From Microthyrium microscopicum (lineage: Eukaryota): a stretch of DNA of 64,000 nt. The stretch is from the NCBI GenBank assembly GCA_010405405.1, contig MU004230.1:716627-780626 (forward strand), written 5' to 3'. A program made the position numbers and the translations under genes. The notes under the pieces were generated by a model. That model searched no databases and was not told where the DNA came from. It saw only the letters and a program-made list of their open reading frames with translations. Position 1 is the stretch's first letter; each line of letters opens with the position of its first letter. Positions 1 to 11,816 of the stretch are shown here, one piece after another.

Positions 1-70
1 TATGTTCAAACTTGCCATATCATGACACGACTTGCAGTCGTTGCAAGTCACCTACCTTTGTCAAGTGCAA

Positions 71-1000
71 TCATTCACATTTTCTTGGTCCTCGAGAAGC
101 TTTTCCTCGAAAGTAGACTATGGCATCCGCATTATCAAACTCTCGATCAAATCTCTTGAGGCGCATTCGGTGCGTAGCTTTCAAAGGTATGTCATGAACT
201 CCGATGAAGTAGCCAAACATCCACTTTTTGTGTTCGAGTCGTTCTTCATCACTAAGTGCAATCCTGGCTAGCTCCTTAGATGGATCATCAGGGCGTATGG
301 TGTAGGCTTCTATATCAAAAGCGTGTGCGAAATGTGTAGTATAAGCTGTGCTGACTTGGCACGAAGAATCCTGCACAGCAAGTTCCTTCGCAGCCAAATA
401 GCTATTCCAATATCTGCCAGGATCTGATTTAGTGTAGTCAGCTCTGTTGTTGGCGTAAAATGCGTACAAGCTATCAAGTTGAGACTCAGTCAAGAGAAGA
501 TAGTCCATATAGGTTTTGGGAAAATCAGGATGTGGTGCGCCGCCTTCTGTGCACCGAAACTCAGCATCAAATGTCTGATTCCTAATATGAGTAGGCGACA
601 TGCCGTTCAAAGACAAGAAAGGCTGGAGTGGAGCTTGCAAATCCTTAATTCTGATTTTGAGCGGCAATAGACGCGGCGTTGGCTTCTTCCGCCATACATT
701 CCCAAAATGGCCTTCGTTGAGCAACGACATTTTGAACAGAATCTGTGATATGTCCTGACGATTATAGGCAACTGTCAAGTCACTTGTATCCAGTTGTGTA
801 AGATCACATTCAGGAGACATGATAGTACTGTTCAATCCCAATTTTGCAAACCTTTCTGATAGACTTTGCGGTTTGTTCATATACAGGCGGCTCCTAGGCT
901 TTTTGATGATGCGCTCTTTTCGGGTTCGAGAAGTATTTCGGTCATTCGAGCTGTCTGAAAGGTCGGACCTGCGACGCTTGTTAAGGCTAGGGGGAGCCAT
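71..1000 (-). CDS. Conserved fungal hypothetical protein
   Basis: 309-aa ATG ORF; contains HPDFPKTxxxYLLLTESQLDSLxxFY and KKWMFGYFIG blocks resembling a fungal family of unknown function. Confidence 0.65.
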   Translation of the reverse strand: MAPPSLNKRRRSDLSDSSNDRNTSRTRKERIIKKPRSRLYMNKPQSLSERFAKLGLNSTIMSPECDLTQLDTSDLTVAYNRQDISQILFKMSLLNEGHFGNVWRKKPTPRLLPLKIRIKDLQAPLQPFLSLNGMSPTHIRNQTFDAEFRCTEGGAPHPDFPKTYMDYLLLTESQLDSLYAFYANNRADYTKSDPGRYWNSYLAAKELAVQDSSCQVSTAYTTHFAHAFDIEAYTIRPDDPSKELARIALSDEERLEHKKWMFGYFIGVHDIPLKATHRMRLKRFDREFDNADAIVYFRGKASRGPRKCE

Positions 1001-1269
1001 AGCTCACTCGAGGAGACATGTAGATAACACAAATAAGCCAGCGGATATGAGAAGTGTATGTATAAAGAATGCCATACTATAAGCGCTCAATGCACGGAGA
1101 CCAACAAAGCAAGTAATCCGCGTGTTGAACAAAGAACTTAGCCCAAGAATGGCTTTCTTGACACCAGGCCTTTATTATCAACAAAGCCCAACAGAACACA
1201 ATAGTGCTGTGGCTTTATACTTCCAACATGGAACAATACATTGATTGGCCAAGGTGTAAACTGCACAAT

Positions 1270-2763
1270 CTAATCGTCTTCTGTGGATTCGCCAAGGTTA
1301 GAAAGCTTCAGTTGAAGGTCTCTCATCAATGTGGCTTTCTTGTCCTTTAGCCGCTGTTGCAAGATCTTGTTGGATTGTGCGGCAATCTGCTTGTCGAGGC
1401 CGGCAATCTCAGCCTGGATATCGTCCGCCTCTTCACGAAGTTGGGCCCTCTCCTCTTGTGCAGCACGCTGTTCCTCATCCATCTCTTCATCATCTTCATC
1501 GGACTCGTCGTCTGCTGAATCATCGTCAGGAGACGTGTGCGCTGGTACTCCTTCACCATCAGGCGTCTCCGTTGTTGGTTGCAAAGTGTCTGGACTGGCT
1601 TGAATATCCCCACCAGCGAGAATAGGCTCTTCGTCCTCATTTCCATCTCCCAGGGCGGCCATCATCATCTGAGTCAGGTCGTCTTCTTCCATATTATCGT
1701 CATCCTCCCCTTCAGCATCCATTTCTATGGAATTCTGAACCATGCCAATGTCCTCTTGAAGCTCCTCTGATTCATCGCGGACATTGGGCTCCAGCATTTC
1801 CGTCGTTGTCTCTAATGCTTCTCGATCTAAGCGAAGTAACCGGTCGACTTCTTCTTCTACGGCTTCGATGGTGCGATTGCTGACGCGCTTTCTGAAGCGG
1901 CGTTTCCGGACGTGATGAAGGGGTGGAGTAAGCCCGTGAGGGTATTGCCAATTGCTACTGCTCACCCCATCTGGTGGGCCAGCGTTCTTAGCTTCATCAA
2001 CGGTCTGAACTTGCTTGGTTACGATAAGCATTTGGTGAACGTCGGCAACCTTAAAGAAATTCTTTCGATCCCAGCTCTTATGACCTTCTACAATGCATGG
2101 CAAATCCACCAGTATGGCGGCATATTGTCGTCCACGAATCGTCACCATAGCGTGCCGGCCGTCCTTGTCGAAAAAACGCAGCTGTACATCCCCAGTAGTG
2201 GTTCCGAGCGTACGTTCTGCAATGGCCTTTCGAAGATAGTCACAGTCGTCTCCCGGCACCATGCGAATGATAAACTGGTGTTCAACCGCAGGATCCACCT
2301 CCACATCATCTGCCTCACTATCATAACCTTGGCCGGGTAGTCGACTTGGAGGCACGCCTAGTCCTCCTTTACTCTTCAAGCGTAGCGTTTGAGCTTTTGT
2401 TCGCAGCTTGAGCAATGGAGTTTTCGCGCCGCTGGGTTTGTTCGGCGCAATGTCTGTTTTTATGCCTCCTAGTTTGAGTGAAAGCTTTGGGATAGGCTTG
2501 GGCTTCTTCCCGCTACTAGCTTCCGTGTCCGCAGGATCATCTTTACGGGGACGCTTTTTAGTAGACTTTGATGCAGTGGCTGAGGCGCCAGGTTCGATCG
2601 CGTCCCCTGACTCCTCCGCTTTCGGCTTCTTATTATATTTTCGCTTCTGTTTAGTCTCTGTAGCTGTTGTACTAGAGGAAGGAAGGGGAGTGGATGTCTT
2701 CGGTGTGTTAAGCTTTAGCTTAAGTCTCGGAACACCAGACGTTGGTGTAGGCGCATCGGTCAT
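1270..2763 (-). CDS. TAF7: TFIID subunit 7 (TAFII55 N-domain)
   Basis: EHQFIIRM, YAAILVDLPCIVEGHKSWD, YPHGLTPPLHHVRKRRFRKR; acidic C-terminus; first ATG (MTDAP) at 2763. Confidence 0.95.
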   Translation of the reverse strand: MTDAPTPTSGVPRLKLKLNTPKTSTPLPSSSTTATETKQKRKYNKKPKAEESGDAIEPGASATASKSTKKRPRKDDPADTEASSGKKPKPIPKLSLKLGGIKTDIAPNKPSGAKTPLLKLRTKAQTLRLKSKGGLGVPPSRLPGQGYDSEADDVEVDPAVEHQFIIRMVPGDDCDYLRKAIAERTLGTTTGDVQLRFFDKDGRHAMVTIRGRQYAAILVDLPCIVEGHKSWDRKNFFKVADVHQMLIVTKQVQTVDEAKNAGPPDGVSSSNWQYPHGLTPPLHHVRKRRFRKRVSNRTIEAVEEEVDRLLRLDREALETTTEMLEPNVRDESEELQEDIGMVQNSIEMDAEGEDDDNMEEDDLTQMMMAALGDGNEDEEPILAGGDIQASPDTLQPTTETPDGEGVPAHTSPDDDSADDESDEDDEEMDEEQRAAQEERAQLREEADDIQAEIAGLDKQIAAQSNKILQQRLKDKKATLMRDLQLKLSNLGESTEDD

Positions 2764-2956
2764 TTTGAAGCCGCTGATGGCATGTAAACTTTTCGGGATA
2801 TTAGTATCAACTTGGGACACTCCGATGCGCGATTCGGATGAAGGATGAAGGGTTGGCTGGTTTTTGTAGATGTTGAAGAGCTGATCTGGTAAAAGTTGAG
2901 TAGGCAGCTTCACTTGGTGAGGCTCAAGCGCTAGTATTAGAGGTGAGATATAAACG

Positions 2957-2989
2957 CGCGCTTATCCCGAAACTGACGCGCTTATCCCG
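2957..2989. promoter_or_regulatory. Duplicated CGCGCTTATCCCG element in the divergent promoter
   Basis: Two exact 13-nt copies at 2957-2969 and 2977-2989 (20-nt period); each contains GATAAG on the minus strand. Confidence 0.4.
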
Positions 2990-3192
2990 GCCATAGCTAC
3001 AGCTTAGTGACAGAGTCAGTCTTCAATCATATGTCCGCCATGATGGACATAGATATAATGAGATTTTGAGCAACGTCTCCTCTTTGTGAAGTTTTTAGCC
3101 TACTTGAATCACAGTGATCGCGTGGCAACTGGATTGCTTGCAAGGACTGATGTAACACTGGAGAATTCGACGTCGACACAAAACCTTCCGCT

Positions 3193-4221
3193 ATGTCGAC
3201 TTCCACGATTGTACGGCGGGCTCTTTTATACGTTCCTGGATCATCCAAGAAATTTCTGCAGAAGTCTCGGAGCATAGTTGCAGATTGTGTCGCCTATGAC
3301 TTGGAGGACTCTGTCACACTAGACAAGAAGCCAGAAGCACGATCCAATCTACGGGAACTGTTCGCACAAGCAAGATCTCCGTCAATTCGAGAACAAGCTG
3401 TGCGCATAAACTCCGTTGACAGCGGGCTTGCGCTTGATGATCTGACCGAAGTGGTAAGATAGTCTTGAGCACACTGCCATACCTTATCACGACCACAAGC
3501 GCTCACCTCTCTGTAACAGCTCAAATCTCCGAATGTCGATGCCATTGTCATCCCCAAGGTCAACTCAGCATCAGACCTACACTTTGTTACGGATGTTGTT
3601 CGGCACACTCTAGCAGAACGACACTCTTCCACTGAATTTTCATCATCTCAGCAGCCTATCCGCTTGATAGCTCTCATCGAGTCGGCTAAAGCAATTGTAA
3701 ACTTATCTGATATATGTCGCGCATCGCCATATCTATCGGGTTTAATATTTGCCGCCGAAGACTTTGCTCTCGACTTGTCTTTGACCCGGACACCGTCACT
3801 GTCTGAATTTTTATATGCTCGTTCAGCTATTACAACAGCTGCTCGAGCCCATGAGCTTCCTTCTACAATCGATCTAGTGTGCACATCTTACAAAGGAGAG
3901 GAAGGTCAGAAACGATTGGAAGAAGAATGTATTGGTGGGAAGGGTCTTGGTTTTAATGGCAAGCAATGCATACATCCCACTCAAGTGGAAATTTGCGAGA
4001 AGCTTTTCTCGCCGAGCGAGGACGAGGTGGAATGGGCTACGCGAGTAGTAGTTGCTGATGAGAAAGCAAACAAACAAGGTCGGGGAGCTTGGACTTTAGA
4101 TGGACAGATGATTGACGTTCCGGTCGTTGGTAAAGCCAAGGCCATCGTAAAGAAAGCAGAGATATGTGGCATAGATACCAAAGCTATACGCGAAAAATGG
4201 GCTCATCAAGAACCCGAATAG
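3193..4221 (+). CDS. Citrate lyase beta-subunit-like (CitE/HpcH aldolase family)
   Basis: RRALLYVPGSS, YDLEDSV, LIFAAEDF, GFNGKQCIHPTQV; intron 3454-3519 joins the two ORFs in frame. Confidence 0.92.
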
Positions 4222-4643
4222 AATCATCTACTTGTACAGAGTGAGAGTTTGACCCCTGTCTATTCAAATTCTGAATATGAAGTCTACCGTACTATGTAAA
4301 AGAAAGTGCTAACTTTAGAAAAAATTCTTGTGTAGACACATAATCGACCCTAAGAAATAGTTGACTGGGCCAAATTTGTTATTTCTTTTTATAAGCACCA
4401 TTCAGGCTAGTATAACTTTTTGAGTGATCGTAGCAATATATTGCACCATATAAAGTGTGGATTTGTCAAGCATCGAGGGGCAGCCGCAGTCGCTTCTATA
4501 TAGAGTGTGTGACGAAGTAACTTTACCACAACAGCCGACAACGCTCGCAAATCATCAAGATACCCCATTGGAAGTGTCACTCCGTGGATTGAATGTCCAG
4601 TTCTGTTCAAACAAGAACTCAGATCATTTCAAACTACTTCAAC

Positions 4644-5982
4644 ATGGGTGGAGGTCCAACAAACGAGAAGATTTTATGCCTTCTACCAGGGCCAGAACCA
4701 ATAGAGATCATTGAAAGAATAAGAGCAAGGTATCCCAAAGCGGAGGTAACATATGTATCAAGAGCATTTGGGACAAATAACAGTGATTTGTCCCGTAAGT
4801 TGACCACCACATTCAAGCAAACCACTGCGCGAGGGTGATATTATGAATGAATTAAGCCTGTTCTAACTTGGGTATAGCCGATCTCTTCAAAGACAAAACG
4901 ATCTTGTTTACGACCGCAGTGTTACCATCCGAGCCAAGTGCAGCACCACATCTCAAATATGTACATCTGTTCTCCGCTGGAGTGGATCGCATCTTGAAGC
5001 ACCCACTATTTTTAGAAAGCAATATTCCCTTCTCTAATTGTTCAGGTGTCCATGGCCCACAGATATCTGAATGGGTCATTATGACTCTATTGATTCATGG
5101 ACACAAATACTTGCCCATGTACGATGCCCAAAAAGAGCGTAAATGGTCCCGTAACTTCTCCAATGGAACACGGGATCTTGTAGGTCAGAGAATCGGCATT
5201 TTGGGTTACGGCGCAATTGGGAGGCAAGGTCAGTCTAACATCTCTCTGGCTATACCAACTTGAATAAGGCATGGCGAGCATGTGGCAGACTGGAATTCGT
5301 ACTAAGACTGATCAATAGTGGCTCATATCACAAAGGCTATGGGAATGGAAGTCCTCGCGTACACTGCGACTCCAAAAGACACCCCTGAGAGCCGTGCCGA
5401 TCATGGCTACTTTGTCCCAGGCATTGGCGACCCAGATGGAAGCATCCCATCCGAATGGTTCAGCGGTCTCGATAAGCCGAGCCTACACAAGTTTCTTAGC
5501 CAGAACCTTGATGTACTGATTGTCTCTGTGCCACTAACGTACGTTCATCGACGAAGAAATCGCTAGTGAAATGAACTGACGTTGTACAGTCCGGACACTC
5601 ATCACTTCCTGTCATCTGCGGAATTTGATATTCTTGGAAAAAATCCACCATTAATTTCCAACATTGCTCGAGGCCCCATCATCGACCAGCCAGCTTTGAT
5701 CAAGGCACTGGAAGACGGTCGTGTGGGATCTGCTGCTCTCGATGTCACAGATCCCGAGCCATTGCCTGCGGACGACCCGCTTTGGGTAGCTCCAAACACA
5801 ATCATTACTCCCCATATCAGGTATGTAAGAAAAACAGCGAGTTGACCATGACTGACTTGTCTTGCAGTGGTGCTAGCACTGCGTATATTGAGCGGGCTTT
5901 CCAGGTATTTGAGCGCAATCTGGAGAATATAGAAAAGGGGCAGCCTTTGATCAATATCATCAGTCGTAAGAAGGGCTACTAG
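4644..5982 (+). CDS. D-isomer-specific 2-hydroxyacid dehydrogenase
   Basis: GILGYGAIGRQ, NIARGPIIDQ, AALDVTDPEPL, IITPHIS; four GT-AG introns with consistent phases. Confidence 0.92.
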
Positions 5983-6332
5983 GCACGTACTGAACGTTTT
6001 GTACGTATGGATTTGAAACTAGATCTTGATATCTGATTTGTGTTCACCTTGTAGCCAAGAAACTCAATTAATCTACTGCAATGTCAGCCAGAATCCATGG
6101 TTGATGAAGTGTACCAACCTCTCAGCATAGTCAGAACAATTGTGAGATTACGACGCAATTGAAAGTGGAAATGTGTGCTTGGTAGATGACATGGCACATG
6201 AGAAATTACGCAGTTCATGAGATATTCAAGTGTTAATTTATCAATGTAGTGGGAATAATAACAGGAGGTTGATTAACCAAACCTTTCAAGTCCAGAAACG
6301 CCTTCGCTTAATATAAAATCGAGTCACAGCAG

Positions 6333-8066
6333 CTACTGTGCTGCACTCAGATCTCGAACCTTTGAATAAAACCCTTTGGCGTAAGCGTCAATCTCAGTCT
6401 TGGTAGGCATTTCTCGATTAGTATCCGAGCACCTGTCCACCACCCTCGAGATGATTTGTGCGAGTAGTGCTTCACTGATTCGCAAAGTTGGATATGATTC
6501 TGGGCTAGCCCATTCGTCGTTGGCGGAGAGCAGTTCCTCCGCATCAGGTCGTTTCTTAGGATCACGATTGAGACAGCTTTTCATGGTTCGTAGCAACTCT
6601 GGTGGCACCCGGCGAGTTCCGTCTGACATGAACTCGGGAAAATGTATGTGCTCATTGGGATTAATAATGGCGAGAACTTTGCGGCCGGTGGGTTGAATTT
6701 TGCCAAAGGGAGTGTCGCCATACACCATTTGGTAGAGAATGACTCCTAGACTCCATATGTCGCTAGGCGTACCAATGGACATGCTGCTCCCTATCCCGAA
6801 AAGGCCTTTTTGTAATAAACTGGGATCTCTGGTGACACTGCCGTCCTGTAGAGATTCCGGAGACATATAATTCGGTGTACCAACGTGGTTATTGCGGTGA
6901 ATATGAACAGTTTCATCGGTATCAATTGCAGAAGCAATGCCGAAATCTATGATTTTAAGCCGTCCATTGACGACTAGAAAATTTTGTGGTTTGAGATCGG
7001 TATGGACGATGTTTTCTTTGTGTATCATCCGTACACAATCAAGCATTTCGGTCCACCAGTACCGTATGAATGGGAATGATGGTTTTGGCATGCTATCAGG
7101 GAACGGTTCGCCGGGATTTGATTCTGCTTTAAGGGAGCATGATTTCAAAACCCCAAGCATGTCTCCTTCGCCAAGTTCCATGACCTAAGGTAATTAGCAT
7201 TTGCTCTCTTCCCTAGATCACCAAAAACTTACCACGTAGAGTAGATTTCTTTGATCATCATACCCATGATCAAATATCTCAATCACCCTTTTGTTCCCTT
7301 TCAGCTTTCGAAGTAAAGTAATTTCGCCCTTACAACCCGCAATAGAAGAAGCATCTTGTCCTTCAAGCTTGACGCGTTTGAGAGCAAAAACTTTTCCGTT
7401 TTCTGCCTGTACGCGCCAGACCTCTGCGCTGCCACCGCGTCCAACTCGCTCGACAGGCAAGTACTTCTTATTCGAAACGATAAATGGTGGGCGTCTTGGG
7501 TGTTTCACCCGAGCAGCGGAGTGTCCAGCAACCTTAGTTGCTGCATCCAAGGCGGACATTTTTGGCGGAGGAGCAGGTGGTGCAGGCCTCAATGGAGTGT
7601 TACCCGATATAGGCTGCAAAGGTTGATATGGCCGTCGCCCAGATTCCGGATGGTGTGGTGGACTTTTTGACTTGCCGGCGGATGAGAGAATCCGCTTCTC
7701 CTCCTCTTGCCGATACTCATTTTCATTCTCATCCTGTTGTGCTGGTTGGGAGTCTAACTGATGTTCTATACGGTGTTCCTGTTCTTGTTCTGGCTCTCCG
7801 GGAGAGGTGCGCTTTCCACGTCGTAGTGGTGCACCTTGAAGGCCAGAGCTTCGGATGGCACGTGGTGGGGGAGCTGGTGTTATGTCCGCAGGAGATGGTC
7901 TAGTTCTGCGCGCAAGTCGATACTTGGATGTTGCGGTATTTCTGGGTGATTCAATGGCTGTAGTCGACGTGGGGCGCGGCGCTGTTTCTTGTAAAACAGA
8001 CAGACCAAAGGCACTGAGTTGAGGCGGAGGCTGGAAATCGTCATCGTCGGATGCTAATGGACGCAT
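6333..8066 (-). CDS. MPS1: Mps1/TTK spindle-checkpoint kinase
   Basis: GRGGSAEV, FALKRV, HTDLKPQNFL, IIDFGIA, VHIHRNNHVGTPNYMSPE; one intron ~7185-7232. Confidence 0.9.
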
Positions 8067-9233
8067 ATTGTTGAAAGTTTATGTGAGACTAATCGCGAAG
8101 CAATGTTGTATCCGGAGGGCGGCGCGAGTTGGGAAAAGAAAAGAGGTGAGCGTCCAAGTTGGAGATCAATGGAGGAGACTGGAGTCTTGATGTTGCAAGG
8201 ATCCAGCGAAGTTCGTGAACGGCAGGCGCGTGGCCAATGCACGCGTTGGTCTCCATAGCAACCACGACTCCTATTCTTTGGTTCACATTACCAAAAGCCC
8301 AGGTGCGTCCAAGAAATGCTTGAGATATTTGCAAAGCTTTGGATTAAAGCAAGAGAGAAGTAAAGATGCATTTTGTGCATCTGAAAATGATCAGCATCGC
8401 AGATCTAGTTGTGGACTAGAATTCAGGATGTCAACATCAGAGTCGCCTTGGACTGGTGAGCGTTGCCTTTAGTAGGCAGGTAACTTACCATTCCATCAAA
8501 ATCATGAAGCAAATGCTCACATAAGACTTGCTGAAAAGTATCAAGTTCGGCGCGATATCACTAGCAATCTGCAGAGTCAATTTAGGTTGACATTATTCCG
8601 CTCTTGCCATTTTGGGCCACGACACATTTTGATTTGTAGGACTCAGGAGACTATTCTACTCTATTTTACGACAATACCAACAACCTCGTGCAGGCTCCTG
8701 AAAATTCTGGAGCCACTATCAAATCTGACTACTGAGCATATTTGATTCCATAGCGAATTATAGATACTACATCGAATCCAATATAAGTAGAAATTGATGG
8801 AGGAATCTTTGCTCTACGACTGACATATTTCCACGGCGACAATGTGTAATACCAACAAAATCTGTAGCTTATTAGGCATCTCCTTGACTGGCTTTTCCTT
8901 TAACACGATGTTTGACGGCTTCAATTGTACTTGATGACGCTTCATGACTGTTACTTACTGCTGAATAACACATTGAATCGGAAAGAATCAACACACAAAA
9001 GGATGGGCGCCTATTGTCTGCATCTTCATCAAGTTTTGTTTCACAAAGCCTACTTTTTTGTAGTTTATGCACATGAAGGTCATCATAGTTTCCATTCTTA
9101 AACGATATCTCTCGATATCGATCTTAGGAACACAGCCGGGAAGCCAACGCAAAAGGTGATCAACTGCTGCTGACATATTCTGATTTGATAACTCCGCCCA
9201 ATGCAACAAGCATGCCAAACGCCCATTTTGAAA

Positions 9234-10481
9234 TCATATCAGAAGCACTGCATTGACAGTTCCGTCATTTTCGGGATTGTCTGGACGAGTTAGCCCTGGT
9301 TCCTAGAGAGAATAGTATAAGTTAAGAGCTTACTTGTTACTTGTGCCCAACGACCCCAAACCACCTTTCCGCCTGTAGTCACCAAGCCGAGTTCGCTGAC
9401 ATTGACTTCGATAACCGTACCTAAAGGTTTGTCAGCAGTGTAGTGATATGCTAGACATCAAATTGTTGGGAGCGGAGATATTCATAAAACAGACACTGCC
9501 AGTCGTCATGGGAGTTTCAACAACATATCGAGCAATACCGGCAATGAAGCTTGGAAGATGGGAATGCTTACCTCTGGTCAATACACCCAATTGGGTATAC
9601 AACGGGTTTTGTGGGTTCTTCTTCACACTGATGATCGGCTTCGAACAGTTAGTATAACATCAGAGAGAAGACATTGACCACATCAAACGGAAGTTAGCGA
9701 TCTGCTAAAATGCCACTTGCTGACAATTTGCCATAGTGACGACTCCACAGAGCATTTCGTGTCTAGGGTGAAAGGTCTACTGAGGAAGGTACTAACCAAT
9801 TGAACTGTTACACCAAGCTCCTTGTGGGTGACATTGGCTTCTGGGTGCTTTGTTAGCCATACACTCTTCAAAATCAGATATGAGAACGTACTCTTGTAAC
9901 GGAGACCCATAGGGCGGATGAATCGCTCGTCTAGCGTAAGGTTAGTAAAGACTCCGAAACAATAAGCAATCACACAAACATTTCACCGGCCGTCTCGTGA
10001 AATCCGGTCCCACAAATGTCGGCTTCGTCACCATCCGCTTCCACGCCTTCTTCTTCGTTTTTTGACCAGTCTTGAGGACCTTGAACACCTCCTCCTCCGC
10101 AATACCTCGCACCTTTGGCAATGGCACACTAAACTTGGCCGCCTTCTCTTGTCGCTTCTGCTTGATCTGGGAGCTCAACGCCTTGGCACTGGTCGCATTG
10201 CTCCGATCCAAGAGATATTCTGGCTGTGGTACGGTCGACGGCTCGGATGGCGCGGTTGACTTGACATTGCGCTCTTCATGTGCCTTGATCTTCTTTTTCA
10301 TTTGAATCTTCTCCTTGCGGCGCGACTCAGCATACAGCTTGGCCCGCAGACCGCGGTAGTTTTGCGCATGTTTGCTGCTGTTGTGGGCCTCGCGAGCTAT
10401 GCGCTTGCGTTTACGTTCGTCGTGGTCGAGGCGCTTTCCATGCAATTTTGCATGGCGCTCCATGTACTCGTTCTGAGGCAT
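9234..10481 (-). CDS. NSA2: Ribosome biogenesis protein Nsa2
   Basis: [19 protein letters not shown]...[34 protein letters not shown]...[22 protein letters not shown]; five introns. Confidence 0.96.
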
Positions 10482-10842
10482 CTTGGTGGGGTGGCGATGG
10501 TTTTGGCTAAGTGATGGTGAAGTTGGTGGTGCAGGGGGTTTCCTCAAGGTTCTGAGGCAGTCGTATAATGAGAACTAAACTCGTAGTCTCTTCTTTCGGG
10601 TTGTTGGCTCACAGTAATCGATTTACTGGAGGATGGGTAGTGGTGAGGTTGGGGATGGGAATAATTTCATTCGAAATCTTGGCATTGAAATTTGGGTCAA
10701 AAGGGTCCCTCCGCAGTTTAACCAACCAATTAGGACATAGTAACGCAAATCGCGCCTCTCAAAAGTTTTGGACGAGAGCGAAGACATTCACCAGACCGTC
10801 CCAATCATCCGCTCAGGGGAGCTCGGTGTCCAATTGACCACA

Positions 10843-11637
10843 ATGTTTTCTCGAACGATACGCAAATCTCTCATAGGGACAAGATGGGCACCCGTCAAAA
10901 CCTCAACGCAATCTCAACGACAAGCAGCAGCAGCTCTCGCGACTCAATCCACACCTCCTGCATCCGAGACCAACCCAAAGCCATTCATTAAAGCTACGAC
11001 AAGACCGGGCAGCAGTCCATCACATCCTCGCGACATTGCGAAAGCGAAACCGCAAGATCGAGCCCAGATATTACCATCCTACGAGGACCTGCGAACCCAA
11101 ACCTTTGAGCCACGAGCTCCAGCGGAACCAACAACATCGACGGATGCTGTAATCGATTCTTCTGTAAAACAACTGCTTCCCCACCTCCGATCGCAACCGC
11201 CTTTCTTTACCACCATTCACATACATGGGCGACCTTACCTAGTAACTGTTGGCGATGTGATTCGACTACCATTTCTCATGCCCGGCGTGGAGCAGGGAGA
11301 CCTGCTTAGATTGAATCGAGCATCATTAATCGGCTCAAGGGACTACACACTGAAGGCCGGCGCGACAAAGAAGGGCGAGACGCCGAAATATCTAGATGAG
11401 AGGCTGTTTACTTGCAGGGCTCGAGTGACAGGGGAAACACAAGAGCCGTTGCGCATCAAGGAGAAGACCAAAAGACGGAGAAGACACGTTAAGCACACAA
11501 AGAGCAGGCATAAGTATACTGTATTAACAGTTACTGAATTAGAGATTGCTGATGCTGAGAGCATTGCGGATCTCAAAGAGTTGCCTTTGCCTTCTACATT
11601 AGACCCTGCTACGAGGCTCCAGAGTTTGCAGGCATAG
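10843..11637 (+). CDS. MRPL49: Mitochondrial ribosomal protein bL21m (Mrpl49-like)
   Basis: HIHGRPYLVTVGDVIRLPF, IGSRDYTLK, KTKRRRRHVK; basic presequence-like N-terminus; head-to-head with NSA2. Confidence 0.88.
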   Translation: MFSRTIRKSLIGTRWAPVKTSTQSQRQAAAALATQSTPPASETNPKPFIKATTRPGSSPSHPRDIAKAKPQDRAQILPSYEDLRTQTFEPRAPAEPTTSTDAVIDSSVKQLLPHLRSQPPFFTTIHIHGRPYLVTVGDVIRLPFLMPGVEQGDLLRLNRASLIGSRDYTLKAGATKKGETPKYLDERLFTCRARVTGETQEPLRIKEKTKRRRRHVKHTKSRHKYTVLTVTELEIADAESIADLKELPLPSTLDPATRLQSLQA

Positions 11638-11816
11638 ATAACCTAATTCTACCTTTTATCCTCTTAGTTCCTATCTTTGAGTTGCCTATGGTTTATGATA
11701 CAAACCTGACCATGATATTTAGATACTTCGTGATTTGGGCGGTTGAGGAAGACTCTGGAGCCTCTGCTGCTTGTCCGTCTAAGGCTATGAATAGCGCTGA
11801 ACTGAACTGAGTGATC

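Noticed and set aside
8872..9218. Small minus-strand ORFs downstream of NSA2
   Set aside because: They start within ~60 nt of the NSA2 stop, so probably 3' UTR; no recognisable motif
9421..9796. TPP riboswitch, or pairing between NSA2 introns 3 and 4
   Set aside because: No CUGAGA/UGAUCU-GGAUAAU core; the 8-bp inter-intron complement is expected by chance
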